A program made the position numbers and the translations under genes. The notes beneath the pieces are model-generated. The model was not told the DNA's origin and did no database searches. It worked only from the letters and a program-made list of their open reading frames with translations. Positions 1-12,730 of a stretch of DNA of 48,940 bases are shown here, in pieces; within the stretch, counting starts at the first letter, position 1; the number at the start of each line of letters is the position of its first letter. Origin of the DNA: Phoronis australis (taxonomy: Eukaryota > Animalia > Phoronida); contig NMRA01000114.1 in the NCBI GenBank assembly GCA_002633005.1, positions 2,343-51,282 of the forward strand. Direction: 5' to 3'.

Positions 1-3000
1 ATTTCAGGTAATTTGTTGAGTCGAAACTATATTTTTATTCAAGAGTACAAGTTTTCCTATTGACGATGGCGATTCAGCGGCGACGCATCAGTCGGCAAGT
101 TTTCGCCCTGTGATGAGCACATTTTTTTGAAAAATTATCGTAATTTAACAACGGAAGTTCATAGCAATGCATCACAATTTTGTAGAAAGACTGTCATACA
201 TGTAGGCTAAAATTCGTCACAAAGCGTAAATTTTATGAATCCTAGCTTCCGATTTTACCCGTTTTGGAAACCGGCTTTCAACTGCCGTAGGCTACAATAA
301 GAATCCCCTCCCCGTGAAATGATTTTTTCTAAGCGTTTATTAGAGCCAATACAGTATACAGCTTTCCACCAAGGCTAGATGATACTACGACACTATTCTT
401 TGCTGCATTAGTAACTGGTCTTGGCTAATATTATCATTTTATGGCCTGGTCATCCATTCAGCCAAAAGTAGTTCCAGAGGTGGCTTATCAGCAAGCTGAC
501 TCACAATAGAAGCCTGATAAGAGTGAAGGTGGATAAATGCGGTGTTCCTACAGTTTCTTGTTTTAGTGGATGTGTTCACGATATGGATATTTGAAAAAAA
601 AATTCCACGACTGTTGACAATTGCATTCCTGTCGGTATTTTCATTAGAGGCTAACCAAGAAAGCAACAGCATTTTTCCAAACAAGTTTCACTGAATTGTT
701 AAAGAGGCCAGGAACGTGGTAAGCAGATTAAATTGCAATATTGAAAGTGGTTCTCTCCCACTGAAGCACAATTCAACCTGCTGACCTGGTAGTTTTAGGG
801 TTTGTTCGTAAGGATTTTTTTTTAATTTCTGTTGGTATCAAAGCATTATCTTTTATTTCGAATTCCAAAAAACGATATGTCAACTGCTAGCCACTTCGTC
901 GATTTTTCTCCCACAAGAAAACCACGAACTCTCCTTATTTGGTATAACAATACACAGACATGGCACATTTGCCTTACTTGGAACATGTGACCTTTGACCT
1001 CAAGCGACTTCAAGCAACTGATCGTGAACGCATGCGTGCATTTCTCATAACAGGGAGGAAGATTAGAAACTGTGGTCAATCTCACAGTTTTACTTCGCGC
1101 GTATTTCAAAAATCGTGATTTCCATCCTTGTTTTAAGTCTTTCATGTATTTATGCCTGCTGTCAATCAATAGGCAATGCCTCGAAATTATAATCTAACTC
1201 AAAGTCTTATAGACGAATTGCATTGTAATGAGGGTCGATATTAGGCTAAAGACCGATCGACGAAGTGTGGGGCGGGGATGACCTGGTACAACTATTGTTC
1301 CCTAATACTGAACACAAATGGCAAGCGTCATTTAGTTATTTCGGAGGACTGCGAACTGAATACTGTGATAGGCCTGTTATGCACACATCAAGGTGACAAG
1401 ACGACTTACGTTACTTGTATCTAAGTCGAGCACTTCACATGTGATTTCGTGTACACAATGCATTAACTTTCAATAGTATCAGCTGCCATTGTTTTCTAAC
1501 TGATATACTAATTTCCCAATTGTTCTTCAACTTTTTATATTTTCAGTTTTACTTTTTCACGTTTTGTCTTTTTTGGATTTGATTTCTTCTTACATGAAGA
1601 TGATAAATTATGAGAACTTGAAACAAAAATTGTGTACCAGCTGGTCTCCCAAAACAATGAATGTTGATGGTGAATTCCCACGCACTCGAATGTCATTCAG
1701 TCATATCACCAGCGGTAATTTCCAGTAAAAAGTACCATCGTAAATAGTATTTTTTCTAAAATTTTGGGAACAAGGTAACGGAAAGTGAAAGCACCCGCCC
1801 GTCAATTGATGAGGGTAATTCGTGGCTTATCTTCATGTCGTTCTATAATTTGTCGTTGTAATTACAACAAAATCTGGAACTTGAGAATTTTAAACATATT
1901 ACTTACAAATACTTTCAAGCTTTAACGTTGCAATATTGTTGTCAATAGTTGACGCTTTTTTACTCGAACATGGTTTACGACCTGTGTTTCAGCCGGACAC
2001 CAGATTATTTTTGCGCTTGTTTCCTGGCTGATACTTACTAAGCCAGAGTTTGCCAATTAGAACCTACTGAAATTCAATTTAAAGCAATTTGGTTTGTGAT
2101 ACATCAAAATAATTCATGAACTTTGATCCCGGTTCCAAAGTTTCCAAAGCCTCGTGCCCTTGCATTCCCTAACAATAATCGCGGAAAACCGTGCCCCCAT
2201 GAGAAGAGTCGAAGTTGTAAGACAGCCTGTTTTTCTCGAATGGACGCGTTGTTTAAAAATTTAAAACTTTTATGAAAACTCAAAAATCGTGCCCACTCTA
2301 ACTCCGTACAGTACAAAACCCATAAAATTGCACAAAACAAGAATTTAACAACTAGAATAACTTTTCCGCTTCATTTTTTCAATAGAAAATTACGTAAACG
2401 TGTTTCAAGAATATTATAGAATCTCAACGACTTGAAATTCCTTTAAAGCATACAAAAATTAAAGTTTCAACAATAATCAGCAGAATGCGTTTTTCTGCCG
2501 TTGCACTGAAAATGTCCTTTTAAACACCAAATCATTATCAGTTAAAGGCAGGAAAACGCATTGTTTTGTGTCACAACTTACAAAATTTTGTTTTTCGAGG
2601 ACTTTCATGAAAAGAAAGAAACTATTTTAAAATGAATTGTAGTTCCGCTTGTTTCATATAGCAGCTTACACCAGGGTTTATTTTTGTGATACACCAACTC
2701 AGGCCAGTACATTTTCAAATTCTCAAAATTCAACTTGCAGAGAAATATTGTATCAACCTACCTTCGGCGTTTGAGAGTCTCGCGAGGAGACACGCGATGA
2801 AGCACCAGTGTGGGAGATTCATCACGATAGTGATCGCCTCAAATGTCTTTCCAAAACCACTGAGAAATTTGCGATTCCTTCGTTATTTATAACAAGACGT
2901 GTGAAAAGAGCCGTTCCCGTTCAGGAAAATTATAAAAAAATGTCGTGCAAGTGTTTTTTTCGCCCACGTGTGATGACGTCAATGCGTAAATGGGTACATG

Positions 3001-3411
3001 TATAGAAAATGGGTGCCGAGGTAGAGTGAATAGAAATTCACACTGGCAATAAAATTTCAATTTCAAATGCGCACGAAAAGGAGTGCTATTCGATTGTGAG
3101 GCGAATCAATGTTTTCGCATCCTGTCGATGAAACAATTTCTTGATAATAACAGCGGAAAGCGAGGATAGGGTTTAAGTTTCATGAGCTTTCATACACGCT
3201 TGTGCCTCCAATTTAATTAATGCTTTAAAAACTAATACAAATTTTCATTGGTGTTGATTTCATAAAAAAGTTTCTTACCGTACAATTTTGTATATTTAGG
3301 TACACGTACATTCAGTGGTGTTTTTTTTTTCCGAAATTATGCGTTTTTTCCCAAAGAACTTCCATTCGTTTCGTCAAGTATTTTGAATACAGACCAGTGA
3401 AGTTTTGATTA

Positions 3412-3628
3412 TATGTGCAGGTGAGTGTCAAATGCACTGATGCACGGCTTTACATTGTTGAGGATTCGGGTTACACGGAATGATATCTCTCAAAAAAGTA
3501 CACAGTCTAGATCGTGCATTATGTGCAGGTGGGTGTCAAGTGCACTGATGCACGGCTTTACATTGTTGTGGATTCGGGTAGACGCAATGATCTCGCCAAA
3601 AGTACATGTACACAGTCTAGATTTTGCA
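3412..3628. repeat. Two-copy ~108-bp tandem repeat, probably inside a small TIR element extending to ~3718
   Basis: TATGTGCAGGTG(A/G)GTGTCAA(A/G)TGCACTGATGCACGGCTTTACATTGTTG starts at 3412 and 3520. An inverted copy of the start (TTGACACTCACACTTGCA) lies at ~3700-3718. Confidence 0.85.
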
Positions 3629-3755
3629 AAACATTTTTTCAGCAAGTAAACCGGGATTTATATTTTCCTCGGTTACAACTTTTATTTTGATTGCTTATGT
3701 TGACACTCACACTTGCAAGTGTTAAAAACTCACTGTTTTAGTGGTTAGATCATTG

Positions 3756-3896
3756 TAGAGTTCAGTAAGGACCAGCGCCAGGACCTCGCTAAAATCTAGC
3801 CAATATCACGTATTCTCCTTTAACATACGCGGCAATATATCACGTAAGCTTGCGAAGTTTTGCTTTTTAGCGAGGTCCTAGCGGTACTGAACTCTA
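3756..3896. mobile_element. MITE, ~140 bp (copy 1)
   Basis: Terminal inverted repeats TAGAGTTCAGTA...TACTGAACTCTA plus an inner inverted pair AGGACCTCGCTA/TAGCGAGGTCCT. A related copy is at 6763-6895. Confidence 0.75.
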
Positions 3897-4106
3897 AATA
3901 GCTTGTGCAACTGCTCGTTAAACCACCACCAAGAAGGTCATGACCGTGCTTAAGTTACTACAACAAGTGTTATATCGCTTCATCCACTTTTCTATGCTAC
4001 AGCCGCATTGATGTGAACAGGACATTAGTTTAGTAGTGCATGTCCTAGATTATACAGTGCAACTCAAATAAAATTACGTCCTTTGAGACTCACCTGGGGA
4101 GCCGCT

Positions 4107-4175
4107 CATGGGCGGCGCATCATAAGGGGCTGGGGGTCTATAGCCCCCACTGATTTCAGTGCTGCGCCATCCATG
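4107..4175. mobile_element. Short non-autonomous TIR element (CATGGGCGGCGCA family)
   Basis: CATGGGCGGCGCA...TGCGCCATCCATG inverted ends. Homologous copies at 48603-48731. Confidence 0.6.
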
Positions 4176-6762
4176 GTCAACAAGAAATACAAGTACTGTC
4201 CAGTTCAGGGGAAAATTGGTTTTAATGTTTTCATATTCGTAAAGGGTGAACAAAACTAGTATATTATTAATTGAAATACAATTTAAGCTTGAATTTTAAG
4301 TGTACAACTCACACCTAGCCGCATTCAGTCTTACAGGTCTTTGGTTTTCTAAAGGCGAGAAAGTTGCCAAGCAAACTTTTAAAAATGGCTATTGCAAAGA
4401 GGCTTGGACAGACCTGTGGACCAAATCATAGACACTATACGAACAGCGCAGGTTTCTGTTGCGAAGACTTGGTGCGAAAAGGGGTTAACTTACGCTGTGA
4501 TCTGAAGCCTGGTTTGTTGCACTTCTGATGGGGACTTCCGACTCGGTCCGCAATTAAACACAGTTTTTCCTTAACCTAAGTGATGAACAACTCGATTTAT
4601 TTGATTTGAAACAACACACGCCACTGTCATCAATTGGTAGGGGTTACGAATACCGTGCATTTGCGATCATATCGTTAGCACGCTCCTGGTATCGCACGGA
4701 GACGACATGGGTTGTCAGACTGGCTGGTCCATTCCTAAATAAAACATTAGAAGTTTTGGTGTTCCTCAACATAGTGGCAGTTCGAGCACCAGCAAAATGT
4801 GTATCCGTAAACTTTTGTTATATTTTTTGTAACAGAAGTTCTGCACTCAATCTCTCTACCGTAGTCTGTAGTACCAAAACGAATTCTGTTTCGGCCACTG
4901 CAAATTAACTTCTCCGAAAATGTCGTTTGTTCAAATTATTCTCGCGTTGAAGTAAAATTAGTTACTGAACGATTTAGTAAGTTTCAATGTGAGATTCGGC
5001 AGAACCAGTGCTTCTTAATTATTCAGCTTACATACTTTCTTTTATATATTTGCACTGTAAACCCCTTGTAATACGGGCCCCTTCCTGTATAGTGAATTGA
5101 CAAAATATTAGTTCGCTGCGTATACTTATCATTATAAGCATTGGGCCCTCCTGTAGACACAATTTGTCATTCACACAAAAATGCTCACGATTGATATTCA
5201 TAACGATATTTGTTCGAGCTCTCTGTATCTTTGACAGCTGTTCTCAGCGCAACAAGAAAGCTGACGGCTAACTAGAAACATAACGAAAGCAATATGTCGA
5301 GACCGTCACAGAAACAAACAACTCTTAACGAATGGCGTTGACAATTTTTAATCGTAAAATTAATATCGTTATGTGTTCAACAAATTTTGTGTTTGTGCAC
5401 TCATCATCTAAACGCTCTTCCTAATTATACTCTTGGCTATACCTCGAATGTTCATGTCTATTTACAACAAACCTCGTAAACATGGCCTCAACTTGGAAAG
5501 AACTGAAACAGTTCATTATCTTGTCCATGACCTTATTCCGGCTCGAGGCGTAAAATGAGCTACCGTGAGATTAATTAGAAGTTTTTACCAAGTCCCAAAC
5601 ACTAACAAGCTGCCAGTTGGGTCAAAGCCTGCAATCATTTCTATACTCATTAACGGGTAAAATCGAGAGGTGAAATCATTTTTTCAACGTACAGCGATAG
5701 TAACAGCTTTAATTATTGCACATGAGGTCAAGTAAAAATTATACCACCTCTTATATATTTTCTGTTCCCATTGACCCCTTACAAAAACGTCTTAAAAGGG
5801 CCCGAGCAATTATCTGCATTTTTGATTAACGCAAGATTTTGAAGACATCTAAAATTTGGGCAAAGCACGATATTATTAACCTAATTATGGAATACGACGT
5901 GTGGAGACAGTTGCCATTTACGACGGAAGCTTTCATTTTACTTTGCAGATTGATAAGCTTGATCGGCCTGAGTGTTTTTTTTTTTAATTTAACAGAGCAA
6001 AATGTGCGTCTGTTATTGCATGGGGCAAATCCGCTACATTTATGCCGCGACCGAGTGTTCGTTGAAAAGTGAAACGGCCGGGAAAGGAGTGGGAAAGCAC
6101 CCGTTGAGATAATCAAATTTGAATGTAGTTAAAGTACATTTAATTATAGATTTAATTACTTTCAAAGAGAGGAGAATGTTGCTTATAATCAAAGCCCATA
6201 CATCCTCTTTATCAAATTTCACCTTTACGAATGCATTCGAGCGACCATGCGCATTATCATAGTCGTGACCAAGAGCACTCTATTCAAATTTGTGTCAAGC
6301 AGGAGCTTGCACATAAGCAAAAACTACCTCTCCTGGGGGTCGAATAACAAGCTGAACACGAAATCAATTATCGAAATTGCTTTCCTAGATATTTTGTCAC
6401 GCTCTGAAACCTCATTGGCGACCTATACATGAGCATTGTAGCGCATCGACAGATCTATTTTTTTGGTTGTTCGTGGATACAAAATTTTCACTAGTTTCTA
6501 ACTGAATCCCACTAATCTACATGTACTTGCATGCGTCATTTAAAATTTACGTTTGTTTGGATCGTTACTACTCTTTATTTCCATCCCACTTGCGGTGCTT
6601 TAACAGTACATGTATGATTATCAAAAGAATTTGGCCAACATGTCAGTACGACACACACAATATCGCCCGGTTGATCCGCCGAATTCAACAGTGTGTGACG
6701 TCAACATCGACACGTATTGGTGCCGGGGAGACAGTACGCGTATGTGTCGAGCAGCTGCGGGG

Positions 6763-6895
6763 TAGGAGTTCAGTAATGCTAGGACCTCGCTAACAACTAG
6801 CCAAACTGACGAGTTCTCACTTAAAATACTACAATATCTCACTTAATCTCCCGGCGTCTTACTTTCCAGTGAGGTCCTACAGTTCCTGAACTCTA
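6763..6895. mobile_element. MITE (copy 2 of the 3756-3896 family)
   Basis: GAGTTCAGTAATGCTAGGACCTCGCTAA...GAGGTCCTACAGTTCCTGAACTCTA is colinear with 3756-3896. Confidence 0.7.
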
Positions 6896-9271
6896 CTCCA
6901 GATTAACACCGTAACGGATGTTGCTTAAGCTACGGGCTCCGCCCTTTTGTGGTCCCTGCTCTCACAGCATTATTAGAGGTACCAATAACATAAGCGTAGG
7001 CCTACAAAATTTTCTTTGAATATGGAAGCACTGACCTCAGGTGGTGCACGTTTGGGATGGGACACCGCCATTTTCAATGTGTGGGGTCAAGAGTGTGGGG
7101 CCCCACTGAGTAAGCTACGCTAATATATTGTAGGTGTCGTTGTGCTGCTCAAAGCTAGTACATAAAGGTGTCAGGTACCTAAAAGTGCAAAGACTCATCA
7201 TGGCGCCAAACATTCCTCGATCGGTATTTTAACCATTCTTGAATTTACAGTTTGGGTTTTGTACAGACTGACAGAAATCTGCAAAACTGATATGTGCGCG
7301 AAATGTGTATATTTGACATACGCATGTATGTAGCATTCTTGATATTGTAATCGGCACAAACACGGGGGACCTGATTAGAGGGGGGTGCACACATGAACTC
7401 GTCCAGTTCGATCAACTGACTATACCCAATGAACACACGTCTCATCATGCAGAAGTGGTCTCAATTGCTTTTCGTATCAAAGGTGAAAATCACTCGTTAA
7501 TTTCTTTGGCTTTGGGGTAATTGCTATGATGACCATTCGAGTAGGGGCTCCGCTCTTCGACCTATGCAACGGAACTCATAATTGCTTAATCCGGCACTGG
7601 TGTCCAGAGCGATAGTATCTGTTGTTACATGTACGTTGTGGTGGCTTGTACTAGAGAGTTTCAGCTACACCTTAAACGTGAGGTCGGCATTCTTTGCTTT
7701 CTACGTCGCAATAATGACCTTTAATTTCGCATTCAGTCTTGTCACACCAACCTCTGACCCCGAGTAACTGCACAACGTGAGCTTTAGTTTCTGGTTTATC
7801 TTAAATATCACTAAATTAATAGCAACTTTTGGTGTTGATAGAAAATTTAGCCCTGGAGCGATCTGTTTCATAAAAAATGACTTTTGAGACTTACATGTAG
7901 GACAGAAATTTGGCCTTACGCTCCATGCATCTATATCTGAAAACAAAATTAAGTCTCACTTGAGTAAATATGCAATCTACCTGTGTCTATACACATAATT
8001 TCTTGTCAATGAGATAATTTCTACATGTATGAATGATTTCTAGGCGGCAATGCGCTCCTTTACTTGGCTAAACCTTCATTCAGAAATAATGAGATTTATG
8101 GCACTCTGACATAAATCCTATTATTTGGGCAAATACCATTATAGAGCCCTTCATGCTTCATATCCAACTGCTGGTTAGTTCCTACCAAGTCCGATGGTTG
8201 CGCTGTTTGTTCTTTCTCTCCAGCTTCCTGTTTGCCCAGCCTCAAGCAACAGTACATTCACTCGTTTTCCTAATTAGACAAGTTTATAACTAGTAGACTC
8301 CTTCCCGTTCGTCGTTAATTGTCCTGGACAAACGATTCTTCCCTTATTTATTATTTGTAGCCACAGATGGCTTTTCTAACGGTCGATTTCTTTCGATTTT
8401 AATGATCCCTCAAACCCAAACCAATTCCTCGCCATTTCACCACGTCCCTGAGTATAAGTGGGATATCGTGTGACAATCGCCGTCTGCTTTGGGGATGAGA
8501 CCCGGCGACGAGGTATAAAGGTTATCAACGGGGCTCGTAGGACAGGGGCTAGTCAACGCGTAGCCCCTCGGTTGGCCGGTTGGGGGCTAGAATACTTCTC
8601 ATCACTTTCTGTACCATTTCGTCTGGCCAAATCCGGCCACTGATTTTGAGTTTAACCTCGTCAAAAATACATTCCACACTTAAAACTATCACTTAAAAAA
8701 GCGCTTCATTTCTTCATGGATCCATTTATTTTACTTCTATACATATCTTCGATGATGCTTAGTTATGAGATTGGGGTGATTTTGCCGAAGAATTTCACCT
8801 CCACTTTTTTGGTTCCCGTTGACGTTTTCACTGCGCGCGCCATAACCGAAAGTATGTCCACTGAGTCACGCGCGTTAGGCAAAGGCTAGCGCGAGACAGA
8901 GCGAAGCGCGTGAGTATAGTGCATGACACTAGCTATTTTAAGCCTTGAACAAGGAGTGAAGCACAGGTTGGGGTCTGGATACCCATGTAGAACGAGCTTG
9001 AATGCCAGCGGTTTGACAAGTGTGTGACCTCGGCTCCAGACGTATTTATGGTTTGGGTACATGGCGGATACTGGAATTACATAACACTAGACTTGGTACT
9101 ATTCCAGCAGGACTGGAGGTATTATTAATGTAAACAGATGGGATTTACAATGGTTAAGACCTAGATGGGAATCTATCCCATATCGCCCTGAAGCCTGGTG
9201 CGGTAAAGCTCGAAAGTGCCGCGTCTAACACATGGAAGTGTCCTCATATAGCGCGCAACCACTTTGGTGGG

Positions 9272-9440
9272 TAAAATAATAGTAATAAAATTTAGGTACT
9301 AAGTAAAACAAAACAATAATAAAAAATAATAATAAAAAAACCAAAAGTAATAATAACAATAAATAATAACAAAGAATAATAAAAAAGTAAAAAATAATTA
9401 TAATAATAATAAATAAATAATAATAATAATAATAATAAAT
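9272..9440. repeat. A-rich/(AAT)n low-complexity tract
   Basis: Runs of AATAATAAT and AAC with very few G. Confidence 0.9.
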
Positions 9441-11199
9441 TTGGATGTCACTGTTGGCATTTTATTCGACTTTCCATGAAAGATACGGAGATACTGTACT
9501 CACCCTTGGATATGTTGTTTGTTAGGCCTTTTCAAGTACTTCGTCACCGGCCCTAACCCTACCATGTTTATCTACGCTTTTGATCGGCATACTTCCTTCC
9601 GAACAACACTTAAAAAACATGTATACTTTACCGACGCACGAAAAAAATCAATAAAAAAAAATTAAAAACCCAACATATAATACAACTAATAAACAAGCTA
9701 AAATGTACACTAAAACATTGCTACGAATTAAATAAATAATAATTGAAAATAAACTAATAACATAAAAATAATAACAACAAAATGTGCTAAACATTTTAAA
9801 ACACTCGTGTCAATTGCTATCACATAATACTTCACATTTCGTTCTCTCGGCATAATTTAAACCTATTCCAACCGCGCTTAAGTTACGGTAATACGTCAAC
9901 TTTTCTTTTCGTCTAGCATCGTGGTCGGGTATTTCCCACCAGGACGATTTTCGAATAGTCGGCTACTCTAGTGGCAGATAGGCGAACGTTATGATCGACG
10001 AGATTACGTCTCACATGCCTGCTAAGTTGTCCACTGCCCAGGCGCGTATAGCTTAGTCATACGAAATCTGCGCTCGAGTGCCTCCAGAGCGAGGGCATGA
10101 CCGACTTAAGCTGTTTCCTTTAATTTTACGATTTTCGTATATACTAGTTCATTTCGGTGTAATTAGGTCTAAGCCAGTCACTCTAACAGTTGTCCTTATC
10201 CGCTAAAGTAGGGTCGTTTTCATCTGCAACCCAGGATCCACTACACCCGGGCTATTAGTAGGCCTAAACAGTATCCATGTCATTGCGCCAAGTTTTTGAA
10301 AACGCGTCACTCACACTAGTGGGTTACATCTGCCCGTTTAGGCGTATAAATCATATCAGATTACCAGTAATGTCTGACATATTTTAACACAAGATTTTTA
10401 ATTTACGATTTCAAAATCTTGTAATCTTCCATTTTGTTAACCTATATTGCACGCAAATGTGCCTAACCTACTTCCTAAAATTTTGTCACCAAAGCACACT
10501 GGGATCACACTAGCCCAAATTCAGTTGCAGCGCTCATTGACCCAGATTTCATGGTAATGGGCCAGCCTGTGGTTTCACTCTTATGTAATTACATAATTAC
10601 TTGTTGCATAGTGCTGATGACCTGGTGCCAGCAATGGAACTTTCTAGACTAAATTTTCATGATACCAGAACCCTAGGCTTTATTGCATTTCCTAACTAGT
10701 TGTGACCATCTTTTCCTGACATCGACAGCACAAATGCTATTTGTCCTTTTGCTTAGCTCTAGGATATTCGTTGAACACAATGATAGGGTGCTAGGCCTTT
10801 ACTGCCAATCATATTTTGTAGACCAAGTTGCTTCCTGATTTGTGTACTTGATGTTGTCTATTTTATACGACTCGGGGCATCATTATTCCTGAGAGCCTGT
10901 TGCTCTCTCCTCTCTCGTATAGTTGTGTTCTGTAGGATTTTTATAGATATTTTATTTTTCTTAGGCATATAGTAGACATGCAAGTTTCCGTATGAAGGTC
11001 TGTCTGTGGCAGATAGCTTGGTACATGGTTTTAATTAATGATTTTTATCAATCGGTCAGTTTTCATCTTTAAAGCATCAGCGAATAAATAGGACTGTTTG
11101 AATAATGACTTTAGATCTGTTCATAATCTTTATATGAAATGACATCTCCCATGCTGATGGTCCTTTACCTTTCCTGCACCATTACTTCTTTTCTAACTT

Positions 11200-11560
11200 A
11201 TATAAAAAAAATAAATACAAATCAAACTATTAAAAAAAAACTAAATAACAAATATAAAAATTAAATAAAAATATATATTTAAAAAAGTAAAATGTTATTA
11301 AAAAGAATAAATAAAATATTTTAAAATTTACATAAAATATTAAAAAAACACAAATGAAAATATAAGAAATAAAGACAAATCAAACTATTTAAAAAATAAC
11401 AAATATAATAACTAAATAAAAATATATATTTAAAATAGTAAAATAATATTTAAAAAAATACCTAAATAAAAAAATATTGAAATTTATTTAAAATATTAAA
11501 AAAAAACACAAATGAAAATTTAAAAAAAAACTAAAGAAAATGTTTTATAAAAAGAAATCT
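11200..11560. repeat. A-rich degenerate tandem repeat, ~158-bp period
   Basis: CAAATCAAACTATT recurs at ~11218 and ~11376. AAATATATATTTAAAA and ACACAAATGAAAA each recur once. Confidence 0.85.
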
Positions 11561-12524
11561 ACGATCTTTCTTTTCTCAGTACAATTTTGCAGCGAGTTTC
11601 CCTAACAGCACATGCTTCCGCGTGAGGTCACTCCCCAGCCAATGTCACAACGCTTACCTCTTCTGGTACGCAAGTTAATTGTTCCACCGCAATACCAACG
11701 CCTTCGCACATACATGTAGGAACCTGAACGTCAGTTCTCTTCGGCTGCTCTACCCTAGCTCATACATGTACATGATGCATTAGATTCGTAATAATTGGGG
11801 GGCACTAAACTTGGGGTACTAAAGTGTGCCCTCAACCTGCTGAATTTCGCTAGGATTTGCCGCGATATGAGTGAGGTTTAGTTTGGGGCGGCTTGGACCC
11901 GGGGAAAGCCCGGCCGGGAATGTAGGGTGGTCCTGTGCCATGCGATGCTCGGGTGGGAACCACCGCAGGTCCTCCAGGTAGGTTTGTGCTTGCACCGTTA
12001 TGTGGTGCAATTTCCCTTGTAGTTAAGGCATAGCAGTGTCTGCTAGGTGAGTGTGCTATGGGGTCAGTAGAGGTGCCTGTAATGTGCAGCAATCACAACT
12101 TTCTCTCGACGACCAGGGTGTGGCTGGACTTCGAGCTTGCCGGGAGCAGTACTGTTCACCGTGAGGTATCCAATATGTCCTCGTGTGCCGTGCCCCAAGT
12201 CTAACATCGTGCCTGCATCCCGGAGGGCGGGGGGGGGCAGCTTCAATGAATATGGAGTCAAATCCGGGACCGGTATTAGTCCTTTTCTCACTGCTTGTGA
12301 CTACCGTTTTCTCCCATCCCCTGTCACTCCCGCTACCAGGGTCACGGCCCCCACGTGAGTTGTGGCGGTGGACAGGATTGTTCATCCATGAACAACCCTG
12401 CCCATGTGGCACATACTGAGCCACAACACCACGTTCCTTACAATATCTCTTTTTATCTCTCCGGCTGGTCTGCTCACTCAGCTTGTCCGGAACCTGCTTT
12501 GCAGGTTGTTATAGCCCAGTTGGC

Positions 12525-12730
12525 TGTTTGGTGTACCCACTTGGTACTTTATATGATATTTGCCCATTTGGCAGTTTGTACCCACTTGGTACTTGTTATT
12601 GAATTTGCCGCTTTGCTCGACCCAGTTGGTAGGCAATGGGCCAATACCCATTTGGTATTATGTACCCATTTGGTACTATGCTAACCTGTGCCACTTAGTA
12701 TCCGATACTCAGTTACACTTTGGGTATCGG
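12525..12730. repeat. Cluster of short quasi-palindromic repeats TACCCA(C/T)TTGGTA
   Basis: Motif at ~12534, 12579, 12645 and 12663, with variants at ~12561 and ~12619. Resembles DNA-transposon subterminal repeats. Confidence 0.7.

Larger units (their letters stand above)
8340..12430 (-). mobile_element. Heavily decayed Ngaro/DIRS-type tyrosine-recombinase retrotransposon
   Basis: Minus-strand remnants are in the expected order. ORF1/gag-like FDSIFIEAAP..HDVRLGA..YWIPHGEQYCSRQARSPATPW (12060-12290); with one frameshift, CYA-NYKGNCTT*RCKHKPTWRTCGGSHP Cys/His finger (11940-12040); RNaseH-end-like PGVVD (~10240); YR-like RNLSAVG and RSK-DKHGR (9570-9890); SGNH-hydrolase-like KYVWSRGHTLVK..HGYPDPNLCF (8960-9050). 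Boundaries are approximate. Confidence 0.65.

Noticed and set aside
439-8200. Many 60-107-aa ORFs
   Set aside because: No recognisable domains or consistent exon chain; expected by chance in repeat-rich intergenic DNA.
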